From assembly GCA_964252035.1 (NCBI GenBank), contig OZ176201.1: a DNA stretch of 64,000 nucleotides; one strand, written 5' to 3'. Source of the stretch: Podarcis erhardii. Taxonomy: Eukaryota. A model generated the notes under the pieces. That model was not told the origin of the DNA, did no database searches, and saw only the letters and a list, made by a program, of their open reading frames with translations. Of this stretch, positions 1-12,430 are shown piece by piece. Position numbers and translations under genes: made by a program. Within the stretch, counting starts at the first letter, position 1; the number at the start of each line of letters is the position of its first letter.

Positions 1-1077
1 TCACAGCTTTTTGGCTGCAGAGGTGTCAGGCTCAGACCCTGGAGAGGTGCCTCCTCAGCCTTTGAAAGTTTCCAGGATAGGGAAAGTTCCTGCAACTTCT
101 CCCAGCTTCAGCTCTGTGTTGGAAAAAAATCTGCTCACAGTGTGATATTCTCTCTTATGTGCCATGTTTGGAGGCGGCACTGGGAGCTGGGGTGTCTGAT
201 GGTGGGAGGGCCTCGTGCAATGTTGCTATGTGAGAAACCTTTGGTAGGGATAAGACCTTTGAGAATTTCATCACACTGTAGATAACTAATTCTTCTTTGC
301 CTCCTGCTCTTTCCCACGGTTGGCAGGCAACAACGCAATGATGTTGCCGTAGATTTCCAGGGCAACCAGCTTCTTAATGATCTGAAAAACATATTTAGTA
401 CCCATCAGGGGGTACCCACTGGCATGGTTACAACTTCATGCGGGCAACTTGGGCATCAGTTTTGCATGCAAGCAGTTTGATTAGGTTCTCTATACAGTAA
501 TGTGATGAAACAAACATGCCCTCTGCTCCTTCCTTCCCTTCCCCTTCAGTTCAGTTCTCACAATGCCAGGCTTCCCTAGCTTCCAAAAATAGGCTCAGAG
601 GGGGCCACTTTATATGCTAGTAAATTTATAAAGAGAAGGCACATCCAAGTAGGATTTAGAGCTGTAAATGTTAACCGTTGCATGCATTTACTGTTGTGTG
701 CTCACACATGGCGAAGCCATGGATAGGTGTACCTGCACAGTGAGTGTGCATCCTTGTAAATAATTGATTTATATGTAGGATTGTCATGTAACTATCTTTG
801 CATGAAGCACATCAGCTACTGTGTAACTTTTTGTAGCAGTTGGGGCAGCCTTTAGGACTAAATTCACATTGCTTGCAGATAATATGGATGATATTTCTGT
901 GTCAATTTGCAGCCTATTGGTGGTTGCAATTTCAACATTTAAAATAAACATTTTGTTTTCTTAAAAAGGTTACACTTTATATTTAAAACAATCAAGCTGG
1001 CAATTGAACAAACAGCCAGAGAGAACATCAGTGTAACAATGTGGTTTATTCTATACACTGCTTGTTATTTCCTTTAG

Positions 1078-1170
1078 GACATTCGGGATTGTATGGGACC
1101 TGTAAGTACACTTACAGAACTGAATGCCAAAGTAAAGGAAAAGTTTCAGCATTTACGGCTGAGAATACAG
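1078..1170 (+). CDS. BNIP1: BNIP1/SEC20 coding exon 2 (93 nt, DIRDCMGPVSTLTELNAKVKEKFQHLRLRIQ); exon 1 lies upstream of the window
   Basis: cctttAG acceptor at 1076-1077 and GTgagg donor at 1171. The peptide closely matches vertebrate BNIP1 as I recall it (human DIRDCSGPLSALTELNTKVKEKFQQLRHRIQ). Phase 0-0. Confidence 0.95.
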
Positions 1171-1219
1171 GTGAGGACTAAATAGATTTTAGGGTGGGGG
1201 GTGGAGAGTTGCTAAATCC

Positions 1220-1354
1220 TAGAATCGTACAGTTGGAAGGGACCACGAGGATCATCTAGTCCAACCCCCTGCAATGTAGGAATCTCTTGCCTAATGTGGG
1301 GCTCGGACCCATAACCTAGAAATTAAGAGTCTCATGTTCTGCTGACTGAGCCAC
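1220..1354 (-). mobile_element. tRNA-Lys-derived SINE with a CR1-type 3' tail (like the Podarcis P.s.1/SINE)
   Basis: The minus strand begins gtggctcagtcagcagaacatgagactcttaat...gggtccgagccccac (tRNA-Lys-CTT-like head) and ends ggactagatgatcctcgtggtcccttccaactgtacgattcta (CR1 3' end). Lies in BNIP1 intron 2. Confidence 0.75.
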
Positions 1355-1689
1355 AAATAAGCTCCCTTTTCTGTTACAGCAAAACTGATTGTTGAAAATA
1401 GCATGTCACTAAGCATAACAGCTTTTTAGAAACCTGATTCCCATTTCTGTCACTCATAAGCAAAATGTGACCTTAGCAGCCCCAAAGACCCAGCTATCTT
1501 TTTGCTGAAAAGGATGTGCTAAAAGAATAATTGTGTATAATTCGATTAGGAAAGAAATACCCAAAAGAACAGCTAGACTTTATTACCAAGTAGGAACAAC
1601 ATTGTAATGAATTATGTTGTTGCTTGTATTAAAATTGAATAAAAATAATATTAAAAATGATAATATGCACTTGCTGTTCACGGCTTTAG

Positions 1690-1781
1690 GAGCTTGAGCA
1701 GATGGCGAAGGAGCAAGATAGAGAATCAGAAAAGCAAGCATTGCTCCAAGAAGTAGAGAACCATAAGAAGCAAATGCTCAG
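1690..1781 (+). CDS. BNIP1: BNIP1 coding exon 3 (92 nt, ELEQMAKEQDRESEKQALLQEVENHKKQML)
   Basis: ggctttAG acceptor and GTcagt donor at 1782. In frame with the previous exon; coiled-coil BNIP1 peptide. Confidence 0.95.
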
Positions 1782-2615
1782 GTCAGTAGAACCCTAAATA
1801 TTGTTTACCACTGGGCTGTATCCAATGCTGTGTCCATGTGCAAGCAAAATGGACTTTCACTTGCACAACAAGACCACCTTCCTTTCCTCCTTCCTGCAGC
1901 CCTCATAATCTACTCCTGAGAGTTGGGGGACCCCTGGAGCAGATTTTGGGGGCATGTGGGGGCCTGCAGGGGAGGAGACAAGGAGGGTAAAGTCCTGTTG
2001 TGTGAGCAGGAGTCTGATTGTGCAACATAGGGTTCTTCCCAATAAGTGCTTAGGCTGAGATCTTGTAGCCCCTTCCTCCCAACACTCAATTGGTGTCAAC
2101 ATTGACAAACCTAGAGCTCCGACACGTTTGGTATAGATAACACTTGTGTGCAACAGTGACAGCATGGAGGGTGTCTAGGTTAGACTCCCAGCACTGTACT
2201 GGCTATACGTCTACTCAGAAGTAAGTCCCATTGAGTTCAATGATAGCTGCATAATTGAGGGCATCCATCCAATACTGTGAGTGTCCTTAGCAACCTTCCA
2301 GAGAATAGGATGGACTGTTATTAATTTCTTTGGACATCCAGACCTTTTCATTGTTGAACAGACAGTAGAGCCAGGAACAGCATTCTCATAGTGTTCAGAT
2401 AAAGAGTGGAACATAAAAAGGTGAGGAAAATGCAAGATGCAGCTGTTAATAGTGTTGATATTGCATGCCCGTTAAGGATCGTTGTTAATTATGTCAAATA
2501 ATAATGGAGTGTTACATTTTTAATGTATGCAGTTATCTTTGTTGCTTTGCTCTTGATACAGACAGGGGTGTTTCTATCACCATTGTGCTAAATCTCACTA
2601 TATTAATAATTTCAG

Positions 2616-2717
2616 CAATCAGACAGCCTGGAGGAAGGCAAATCTAGCTTGTAAAATTGCCATTGACAATGCAGAGAAAGATGAACTGCTTCGAGGTGGA
2701 GATCCTTTACGACAAAG
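2616..2717 (+). CDS. BNIP1: BNIP1 coding exon 4 (102 nt, (S)NQTAWRKANLACKIAIDNAEKDELLRGGDPLRQ(R)), BH3-like region
   Basis: ttcAG acceptor and GTacac donor at 2718. Phase 2-2 is consistent with the neighbouring exons; contains the WRKANL.CK.AIDN motif of BNIP1. Confidence 0.95.
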
Positions 2718-2846
2718 GTACACAGTCTTTTTATAACTGTGGAATTCGGCTGCCAGGTGTTATGTGGTGGGACTTCCTAAGCCTTTTGTGTCAAGCTCTG
2801 CTTTAGGAGGTCACTATTTGCAGTCTTGTGCCCACCTTCCTAGGAG

Positions 2847-2976
2847 TAGAATCATAGACTTGTAGAGTTGGAAAGAACCACGAGGATCATCTAGTTCAAC
2901 CCCCTGCAAAGGCAGGAATTTTCCACCCAACACGCAGCTTGAATCTGTGACCCTGTGTCATGCTCTGCTGACTGAC
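2847..2976 (-). mobile_element. Second, more decayed tRNA-Lys/CR1-tail SINE copy
   Basis: Shares agttggaa.g.accacgaggatcatctagt.caaccccctgcaa with the 1220 copy. Confidence 0.65.
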
Positions 2977-3379
2977 CAGGCCCCGTTTAACTTACTGGCT
3001 TCTGAATAGGATTGCACAGTAAGGAGCAAACAGAATCTCAGATCATTAAAATGGTTGCTTGCCATTGTGCCAAGTTAGATGTATTGATCTTTGATTACAT
3101 TTTAATTTTACCCCTGTACTTCTGCCAGATGGCTATTTTGGACGAAATGTTTAAAGATTAACCTAAACCTTGTATGAATAATTTGCCTGATTTCTAATTT
3201 AAGACTCATTTTGAAACAGAACGTTAAAGACGTATGCTTGCATTTGTATGTGTATCTGAATGCTTGGCTGATATCTTCCAGCTCTATGGTTCCCATCACT
3301 TTTGAAGCATTTTGAGTAATCGGGAATATAATTTTGTTTTTATATTAAGTTTGGTTCCCACCCCCTTCTTTTCTTTTAG

Positions 3380-3498
3380 AAAAACTACAAAGGAAAGTTT
3401 GGCAGAGGGGGCCAGTAACATCACAGAGAACCTGATGGGTATTAGCAGGATGATGTCTCAGCAGGTACGGCAAAGTGAGGAGACGATGCAGACCTTAG
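3380..3498 (+). CDS. BNIP1: BNIP1 coding exon 5 (119 nt, KTTKESLAEGASNITENLMGISRMMSQQVRQSEETMQTL), start of the Sec20/SNARE region
   Basis: Polypyrimidine tract plus AG at 3378-3379 and GTaagt donor at 3499. Contained in supplied ORF 3312-3506. Confidence 0.96.
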
Positions 3499-3537
3499 GT
3501 AAGTAAATGACCACAGTGTGCAGTTTTGGTCGTTGTT

Positions 3538-3540
<3 letters not shown>

Positions 3541-3583
<43 letters not shown>
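3541..3583. repeat. (AAT)14 microsatellite in BNIP1 intron 5
   Basis: Read directly. Confidence 0.97.
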
Positions 3584-6274
3584 GTTGATTGACTCATCAA
3601 AGCAACTTACAACACAGCATAAACACTTACATTTACAGCAAGCCAACCAATAAAAATTTAGAAACCTTCCACATACAGGAATATATTACTGAAAAGGCCT
3701 GTTCTCATGTTAAACTCCCTTTAGTTATTAAATTTCTATACTGCCCTTCATCTGAAGATCACAGGATGGTTTACAATATAAAAACACAAAATTGCATACC
3801 TTCCCTCTCTCCCGCTCCCCCACTTCATTTTCTCTCGCTTGCTGCCTCCTACAGCTAAATATTTAATCCTATGCCGGGAAGCACAGAATTGCAGTGAAAT
3901 GGCAAAGGAGGAACAACATGATTGATTCCCTCCTCCAGTAGCTCTCTTGGCTACTTCACTAGCTATGGAAAAAGAAACGCTCCTTTCTCCCTAACCAGCA
4001 TGTTGATATTATAGTATAATATGTCATATCATGTCATATCATATCATCATATCATATAATACATCAGGGTACCATGTATCAAATCCAGACCTCTACAGCA
4101 TGGACTCTGAAGAACATGCATGTGTTTCAAATGGGGCTTTTCTTTTTAAAGTGCACCAATAGTTAACTCCCACCCACATTAACTTCTTTCACTCAGCTCA
4201 AGCAATGTCTTAAAGCATTTCTAAAAGAGTTTTGGGCTTTGCGTTAGAAAGACAGAGTTTGGCCTGACAGTTTTCAGCCCTCAAAACTGTATATCAAATC
4301 TGTTAAAATTTGTGGGTCATTTGGAAAGTGGACCAGCTGGACCTTCTGCCTTTTCTTTGCTGGGAGAAACAGAAGGGATGGATTCAATAAACGCAGTGTC
4401 CGCCTCTTCTCTTCCTTCTCCCTCCAGGGCTGATGGTTGTCTGCAGCTCCTCAGTGTATGCTTCCTCTCTCACTAAGTGACAGTCTTGGCAGTGAGACTG
4501 TCCTCTGTTAAAGAGTCCATCCTGTTTGGTTGAGGTATAGCTAGCAAAGGTCACTCGTCTTGAAAAAGCCAGCTGTACTTAATCTACCATTAAAATGTTG
4601 CCACGATGGAAAAATAAAGAAGTCCTTACAGCAGCAAGCAATAAATAATCTGGAGTCAGGAAGCCCACAGTTGTCACTTCCCATGATAAACAACCTCAAT
4701 CTTTCATGTACCATGAGAAGGACAAAACTTTTCTCTTTGGTTGGAAAATAAAGTGGCAAAGAAACATATTTGGTTCTGATAAAGTTTCATTCTCAAGCAA
4801 AATGTATTTGCAAACTGAAATGCCCTTTTGGGGGCCACCTATGTAGGAATATACTGGTTCCTTAGCTGCTTGCTTCTAAACATTTTGCCATTAGTGTGTG
4901 TTTTAATTTACCTCCCATAATGGAAACTGAAGCCCTGCACAGTGGTTCATTTTAGGGCCACTTCTTGCAATATATTTTGTACTTGGTTGCAAAGCTGTGT
5001 AATTTATTATGATCAGCACACATGTTTTTAGTTTACTTGACATTTCTGCAAGAGAGAAAGACTAAAAAATGACCTTTTGCTCACTTCAGAGAAAAGGTGC
5101 TGGACATCAGAGCAACTTGTATGTATTAGGAAGTCCGTAGGTCATATTCAACTAGTGGAATATGTAGCACTAGTCCTGCTAGTGGAAGCCTGTGCAAGGA
5201 CTGCTGCTAGTGCAACAGGGCTTCCCCTAACCCCAGTGTTCCCCCTGTGCCTTCCTTGAGGATTGGGAGAACCGATGAACAACCCACAAGGGGAGTGAGG
5301 AGGAGATAGTTCCATCAGGCAAGCAAAAATGTTTGCACTGATAAAGTGATCTCCTTAGTGCTGTATTAAATTTCTCCCCAAGGTATTATCATGATTGATT
5401 TTAAACAGCTCCTGATCCACATTCTAACCTCGTTTGGAAATGTATCAAAACAGTATCATCTTAACTCTTTTCTTTTCAGTTTCAAAATTTTCCACTCCAT
5501 TCTAAATTAGCAGCTGGTGAAAACGGACATTCTGGCTTTTAAACTGCCACATTGGAAATCTCACAAAGCCTGTTATCAAGTAACATCAACATTGCAGTAT
5601 CTGTCATTTTTTTTGCAGCGGATAGCACACCATTGACACTAAATCTACATTTACTCCCATTGCCAATTATGTATTTTCTACTTAGCAAGTTGGTATCATT
5701 CCATCTGGCTTCATTATGATATTTTGGACTGATTAGATTTTTCTAATTGCAACAGGGAGACTTGCTTATCACGATCAATTTCATTTATGGGTATGGGCTG
5801 GCTCTGATTTTTGTCTTCTAAGAATGGGGCTCCACAGAAAAATGCAAGGCCATTTGGACTGTGGTGGCCCTTGGATGAAGGCAAATGTTGGGCTGTATTC
5901 AGCTAACCCATTTTGCTAATGGAAGCTAGACTTCTGACACAACAGGATTTCTCCCCTCCTGCTGCATGTCTTTCCCCAAATATGCTCTGGTGGGTTGGGG
6001 AAGAAGAGGGGACATCATTCCATCAGGCAAGCAGATATGCTTGCACTAATGGAACAATCTCCTTTGTGCTGTGTTGTCTTCACCAGACTTGTCCTCAGCT
6101 TTTCTCAAATGGAAAAGTTCTACAGCCTGTTTCCATGGGGCTTTGAGCCAATGTACCTATTGCATTGTGTGTTGTACTCTGTGCTACAGGACCCAAAGTG
6201 GACTTGCATAGTATGTGTGCTTTTGATAGTGCCTTTGAAACACTGGGCTGAAATGTTGCATTTTCTCTTTTCAG

Positions 6275-6471
6275 TCAGTTCTTCACGAACCATTCTGGAT
6301 GCCAATGAGGAATTCAAATCCATGTCCGGGACAATACAGCTGGGACGGAAGCTCATTACCAAGTACAACCGCAGGGAGCTGACAGATAAACTGCTCATCT
6401 TTCTCGCCCTTGCCTTGTTTTTGGCCACCGTGCTTTACATCCTGAAGAAGAGACTGTTCCCCTTTTTGTAA
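6275..6471 (+). CDS. BNIP1: BNIP1 terminal coding exon 6 (VSSSRTILDANEEFKSMSGTIQLGRKLITKYNRRELTDKLLIFLALALFLATVLYILKKRLFPFL*), Sec20 domain end and C-terminal TM anchor
   Basis: ttttctcttttcAG acceptor at 6273-6274; phase 1 joins exon 5; stop TAA ends at 6471. Near-identical to the recalled vertebrate BNIP1 C-terminus, with a hydrophobic tail anchor. Confidence 0.97.
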
Positions 6472-6839
6472 AATTCTCAGATGAGGAGAGGAAGCATGAC
6501 TGAGGAAGGATGAATGAAGGCTTTCTCACAAAGACCTGACACTCTTCTAATCAAGAGAACATTCACAAATGTTCATAAACAGAACATATTAGCAGTCTGT
6601 GAAGATTTAGACTTGCTTATGTAAGCTAAATGAGCTGCAGGTTAGGGCAAGGAACAATAAGAATATGACCTGTTTCTCTGAGAATGGCAGGTGTCAGTTC
6701 TGAACTGGATGGTGGAAGACATATTAAGCCTCTCTCTTGTCTTTGGCTTGGAATGTGTATTCCACTTCCTTCCTCCAGAGATCTGTTCCTGAGAGGAGGG
6801 GGACGGTATTACTGAAAATACATTTAGATACATTCCTTT

Positions 6840-6893
6840 AATAAAGTGTATTTGAATACAGATAGAGCAGGGAGTCCTGATTTTTTAAATAAA
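6840..6893 (+). terminator. Candidate BNIP1 polyadenylation signals (AATAAA at 6840-6845 and 6888-6893)
   Basis: Two canonical hexamers about 370-420 nt after the stop codon. Actual usage is not demonstrated. Confidence 0.55.
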
Positions 6894-8300
6894 AAATGCC
6901 TTATGAACTGGAGGAGAAAACTTCACCCTTTAAGTTACAAAAATGACTTTTACTTCAGTTGTTTCCACAGATGAAAGAAGCAACGAGGCTATTTCTAAAA
7001 TCTCTCCATAACTGGCATTATTGTAAATGTACTGTATCTTCCTTTGTCCATCTGTTTATCTTAAGGGTGCAGCTCAGGTCAGTCCATTTGATTCATTCCA
7101 AGATTTGCTTTGGATAGAGATGTAAATTGCTTGGCATATCAGCTCCTGAAACTTCCCTGTCCTTTTCCTGTTTCCTCGTCAGTTTAAAAGGCATTGAGAT
7201 ATCTTGCAGGATTACAAGTTGGTGGCATCATCCATCCCTTTTTGTGGCCACAGCTGCACCATTGCAGGCCTGTGAGCATGGAAGGAAATCCCTGTAAGAC
7301 ACTATAGAGCCCCTCCTCCTTCCCTGTCGTCTCTCAACAGGGTGCATACTGGCCTAAGCACATGGGGTTGTATTCAGTGTCAGGCCAGCAGCATTCCACT
7401 GATGCGACAGAACTTCCATGTTCTCTCCTCCCCCTGCGCAGCCTCTAAATTTGTTCTGGATGGTCCCCCAACCCTCCAGACTTGGTCTTGTGGTGAGCGG
7501 CTGGAGGGAAGAAGAGAGGAAGACGTTTGCTCCATGGAAGTCTGCTGTGCCAGTGGAAGATACTGTGCAGCGTCAGATACTGTCCACAGCCATGACACAC
7601 AGATAGTCATTAGCTGAGCCCAAAGCTATGGATGCAGGCTATGTTAGCACGGCATGAGTTGCTTGCTTCCTGGGATCTGGTCTACGCTGGGCCACTGGCT
7701 GCTACGAGCAGCGTCTTTCAGGTAATGGCTGAACATGTTGCCATGCACCCCAAACAATGTGCATCCAGCTAAGTTGCTGAGTAGAGAAGGATCTCAGCTG
7801 TTAACTGTTCTGCACATATGCACAGCTCTGCACCCATGATAGATTTATTTGTTTCTTATTATATTATTATTAGCCTGCCCTTCCTCTCGAAGGAGACTGG
7901 GGCAGCAAGCACCAAAAAGTTAATACTAAGTACAAATAAAATTAAATTTAAAATGTTTTAAACATTTTTAAAAGACTCTGCATTGCACTGCATAATTTAG
8001 GTTGGCAACGTGGAAGCAACCTAGAAAAAAGTTTTCAACCATTAATAGTTTTTGTCCAAAAGTGTTTGACACTGCTGATGCAATTCCAACATTGTGTTGT
8101 TGCTCAGCAAACAATGTGGATAATTTTTCTTTATGAATGCCATTCTTTGGGGGGTTTTCGAATATGGATTTGATCAAAAGATGAAAGCAGACATGCATAT
8201 CTTCATTATCAGCACTACTGCATGGTAGTGTAATGTATTTATTAAAATCACAAATTATAAAAGCAAACCCCCTCTCCTTTTCTCTTTTTTCTAGTATCGT

Positions 8301-8627
8301 AAAGGTAAAGGGACCCCTGACCATTAGGTCCAGTCGTGCATGACTCTGGGGTTGCGGTGCTCATCTCACTTTATTGGCCGAGGGAGCCGGCGTAAAGTTT
8401 CTGGGTCATGTGGCCAGCATGACTAAGCTGCTTCTGGCGAACTAGAGCAGCGCACGAAAACGTCGTTTACCTTCCGGCAGAGCAGTACCTATTTATCTAT
8501 TTGCACTTTGACGTGCTTTCAAACTGCTAGGTTGGCAGGAGCATGGACTGAGCAATGGGAGCTCACCCCATCGCAGGGATTTGAACCACCGACCTTCTGA
8601 TCGGCAAGTCCGAGGCTCTGTGGTTTA
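8301..8627 (-). mobile_element. Sauria SINE (Squam1), about 20 bp 5'-truncated
   Basis: Reverse complement of the 28297 copy; ACCTTT-type tail (aaaggtaaagg on +) and B-box region. Confidence 0.85.
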
Positions 8628-10194
8628 GCTTTGAGTGTATTTTCAAATATTTTTCTTTATCTATTTGTAGCTGAATAACTTCCTTCTTTCCTTCCTTCCT
8701 TTCATAAAACTTCCAGCGCTATTTCATCTTGTGCTAGTGTAAATGCCTCTGATGAAGAGATGCCCAAGAAATCAATGGCTGAAATGCCTGCCCAGCCTGT
8801 TTCAGTGTCTTGGCTGTGTGGTCCATCTCAGAACCTTTTCTCTTCATTCTCATGGGACATTTGGTACCCCAAATCCTGTAAGTTCTGACCTTTGCACAAG
8901 TATTCTCTGTCCACCATAGCATCTGATGCTTAACCTCAGATGGAACCCATATTGTAGATGTCCAAAAGGGGTAGCTATTGTTTAAGGTTGAAAGGCTCAT
9001 TGCAGTGTATGCTGCTTGTAGTATGCATGAAAATACAGCAGAATTGGAAGGCTGTGGAAACTTAACCCTATTTGAAGGGGGTCGTTTGTGTTTGGCATCC
9101 AGCCCATGTTGAAAAGTAAACAAGGTAGGCTAGGGAGTGGGAAAATACAAGAAGGAGACTTTAGGGAGGCATGGTTCCTATTTGTCATTTTACGCTAACT
9201 TGCAATTTAGCTGCTGATTTGTATGCTGTCTTCACATAATACAATGCAACTGTTGTCATTAGAGGCAACGTGGACCCCTGCAGTCTGTAATAAGTTTCAA
9301 TGTAATTTTGTTGTGCTAATTTTTCAATGGAAGTAAAAGCAAAACAAAAAATCTCTGCACAATTTTGCAAAAAAAAAAAAAAAAAGAGAGTATATGATTC
9401 ATTTATTTTTTAGCAACTTAGTTAAACAATCACTTAAAACAATTTGTCTAACAATTAGCTGTTATACCAAACCTACCCAGGGTGGCATGTAGCCACTGTT
9501 GTGGAGGTCTGATCATCGTACAACTATCATGCAGGAAATACGGGCTTGCCCATAGGCAGTTGCTTATACTGAACCAAGGCTGGCAACCACTTGCCATAAA
9601 TGGCTGTGGCGAAAGCTGTTGCTTAGATCACCCACCTCCTTTTTCAGTTGCAGAGTACGTATGTTTGCACCGCTTAACATGTTGCACATGGGGGTGAGGG
9701 GGCAGTCACCCTGCACCCAAAGCAGTATCCGTCTCAAATTAGACTGTCCTAAAGACAATAGAATGACTTGTGTGTAGAGAACATAAATAACATTTCAATG
9801 AATTGATGTGGGATGGGGAATGTGCTTATTGGAGAGAGATGCTTTCCGCATTAAGATGCTTCCTCCAAACGGGAGGGTGAGTTCATCGCTGTGGTGTTTC
9901 TAAAAATGCCACCGTCAGATGCATGTGGTGGCTGTCGCCTGCCAAGTGGCTCAGGCGCGCATGCCAGCTGGGAGAGGGCTGGGAATGGCTGGCTGGCTGC
10001 AATCCAGCGAGGCTGAGAATAGACAAGCTGCAAATTCAAGCCTGCCTGTAGGTATGCACAGCTCCTCTCGAAAACAGAGGGAGGAAGCCAGGTGGGCCAC
10101 ACCCTGTTGCTGCTGCTATTTTCGTTAGCTATCGTCACCACCACATCCAAAGGCTTAAGTACACAGAGAGGAAGATCCCCTGGAGACTTTCCAA

Positions 10195-10498
10195 AACCCA
10201 AGCATCTTTCAGAGATCCAGCTCTGAGGGCCTTCTGGCAGTTTCCCCACTGCGAGAAGTGAGGTTACAGGGAACCAGGAAAAGGGCCTTCTTCATAGTCG
10301 TGCCTGCCCTATGGAATGCCCTCCCGTCAGATGTCAAGGAAACAAACAACTATTTGACAAAATAGAAGATGTTTGAAGGCAGTCCTGTATAGGGAAGATT
10401 TTAATGTTTGATGTTTTAATGAGTTTTTATTATTTTATTGGGAGCCACCCAGAGTGGCTGGGGCAACCAAGTCAGATGGGTTGCATATTATTATTATT
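10195..10498 (+). mobile_element. L2 LINE 3' fragment
   Basis: Decayed L2-type C-terminus (recalled pattern LRS..EGLLAVP..REVRLQGTR.RAFS...PALWNALPSDVKE), followed by the ttgggagccacccagagtggctggggcaacc UTR and a (tat)n tail. Confidence 0.7.
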
Positions 10499-10832
10499 CC
10501 AGTGGAGGGCCGGACCAGATGCAAAAGGAGGCCAGCAACAAATGTAAATTTTACCTTAATGCAGTAGGCTACTGTTACAGAAGCTCACACATGCCTATCT
10601 ATCTACCATCCCATCAAGCAAGAGGCATTTATCAGAGTTCAAGGGCATGGCCAGTCAGGCAAAAGCACTCAAGGGAAGTGCAAATTTGTGCAGCTGAGGG
10701 GTGTGGTCTGGGGAGAGGCCATGGTTGAGGAGGAGGTGGCACCTGAGGGCAGACAGAGAGGGCCAGAAAGCTGAATTTGGTCCCAGGCCTGAAGGGTCAT
10801 ATATGGAGAGCAATCCACACATGGAAAACAGC

Positions 10833-10879
10833 TTTATACCAGTCCACTGAGAACTGCATTCTCAGTGGACTGGTATAAA
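10833..10879. repeat. Perfect inverted repeat (21-bp arms, 5-nt loop)
   Basis: tttataccagtccactgagaa-ctgca-ttctcagtggactggtataaa. Confidence 0.95.
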
Positions 10880-11959
10880 TGTGTCTATGCTCACTTTGCT
10901 CCAGATTTTTTGGACAAAACTGGCATTTCAAAATGATCGCAAAGTAGCTCACTGAGAGCTCAGTGAAAGCTCAGTGAGAAAACCCTCCAAACTATATTTA
11001 AAAGTTTAGGCAGCCCAGCTGAGTAGAAACAGACTCTGGCTGTCCTGGACGCCTAGATTTAACATTCAATTTGCAGGGTAAAAGGTATTGTTCTGCCATC
11101 AGTGAAAAGCTCTCTTGCCTTGTCTTAAGTCATTCAGCCTTTTGATAATTCAGTTGACCTTCTACTCCTGTAAGTCAACAGTTTTAAATTTGGCAATCTG
11201 CTGTAAAGTATTATCGGAAGTGGAAACTTTGTATTCATTGTGAAACACATCCAGTTTTTAAGAATGAAAAACAAGCTGTAGTTCTCATTTGACTCCAAGG
11301 CTCAGGTTATATTTAAATATTTTTTATTGCTTCAAAACTGTCTGCTGTGTTTGTTCAACAACTGATGGGCAAATTTATTGGAAATGTTATTATTTGCTGG
11401 CTTTACACCATCCTTTCCTTACCTTCTGTCAATACTTATGGAATTAGTGTAAGGCCAGTGTTAAAACATACACACACACTTGTGTGAACTGGGGTGGGGA
11501 CCTAATTCAGATCTGCCGTTTTCATTCAAATTTTCCATAAACATTTCAGCGCTTAAGCTGTCTTTAATATTTGTGGAAACTGAATGTTCAAGTAGTTGTT
11601 GAAAGCAACTTTAGTTTGAGTTCCTGGTCGTTTATTTTAGATGACCCATTTAATTAAAGATCAAATAAAGGCAAATACTGTCTGGCTTTGACATGTGCTG
11701 AACTCAAAATTTTCATGGCTATTTCGTGAGCGTTGTGTGTGGGGAAAAAGAAACACACTAGCACAGTACAAAGGCATTAGTCCAAATGAACAGGAAAGCC
11801 AAGGAAGTCATATGACTGAATGAGATCAGATATGGCAGTGTCCTACAGGGTCAGGTTATGGAGTATTCCATGGTAAAATTGTTCTGTTGAAAGGACAGAA
11901 TTAGCATCAGGAACTTCTGCAGTAACAAAATATAATGCTCACCCCATGCGAAAGCAGCT

Positions 11960-12430
11960 TCAAAATTTATCAGTCGGATATTGTACAAAATACTCAATGG
12001 ACAATGCTCAGCAACCAAACTATTATGGGTACCAAAATTGAAGAGGCTGATTGGAACATCTTAAGGGCAAAAAAAACCTTTTAAGATCAGTGTCAACCCG
12101 CATAAGAGATAATTCTGTTAAGTTATAGATGGCATTTAACACCTTTAAGATACAGTTACATAGACAAAACATCTTCACCACTGTGTTGGAGAGGATGTAA
12201 GGCAGTTGGTATGACATTCCACACGTGTTGATGTGCAACCATTCTGGGAAAGTGTATATGTGGAAATAAGCAATATTGCAAATCATTGTGTACAATGTAA
12301 TCCAAGGAACAATGTTTAAAGAAAATCAGCTCAATTTACTTTATAAGGAACTCTCCACTTTTCTTCTGGTGGTGGCACAACTACTCATAGCAAAGAACTG
12401 GAAAGGACTTCAACACCTACATATCACACG
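11960..12430 (+). mobile_element. Decayed L1/Tx1-clade ORF2 C-terminal fragment
   Basis: From 12118 it translates as LSYRWHLTPLRYSYIDKTSSPLCWRGCKAVG (YRW..TP and CWRGC zinc-knuckle pattern of non-mammalian L1). A later segment reads FLLVVAQLLIAKNWK. Contains stops and frameshifts. Confidence 0.75.

Noticed and set aside
1290-1354. tRNA-like sequences (also at 28300, 61550, 62100)
   Set aside because: These are SINE heads with degenerate stems attached to LINE-derived or CORE bodies, not functional tRNA genes.
5995-6274. 93-codon in-frame extension upstream of BNIP1 exon 6
   Set aside because: It overlaps a repeat remnant, starts at a non-ATG codon, and a strong acceptor at 6273-6274 explains the real exon start. 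The nearby AG at 6277-6278 would shift the frame.
9478-9713. cagggtggc ... gtcaccctg possible hAT MITE termini
   Set aside because: The TIR is short and there is no TSD, so support is insufficient.
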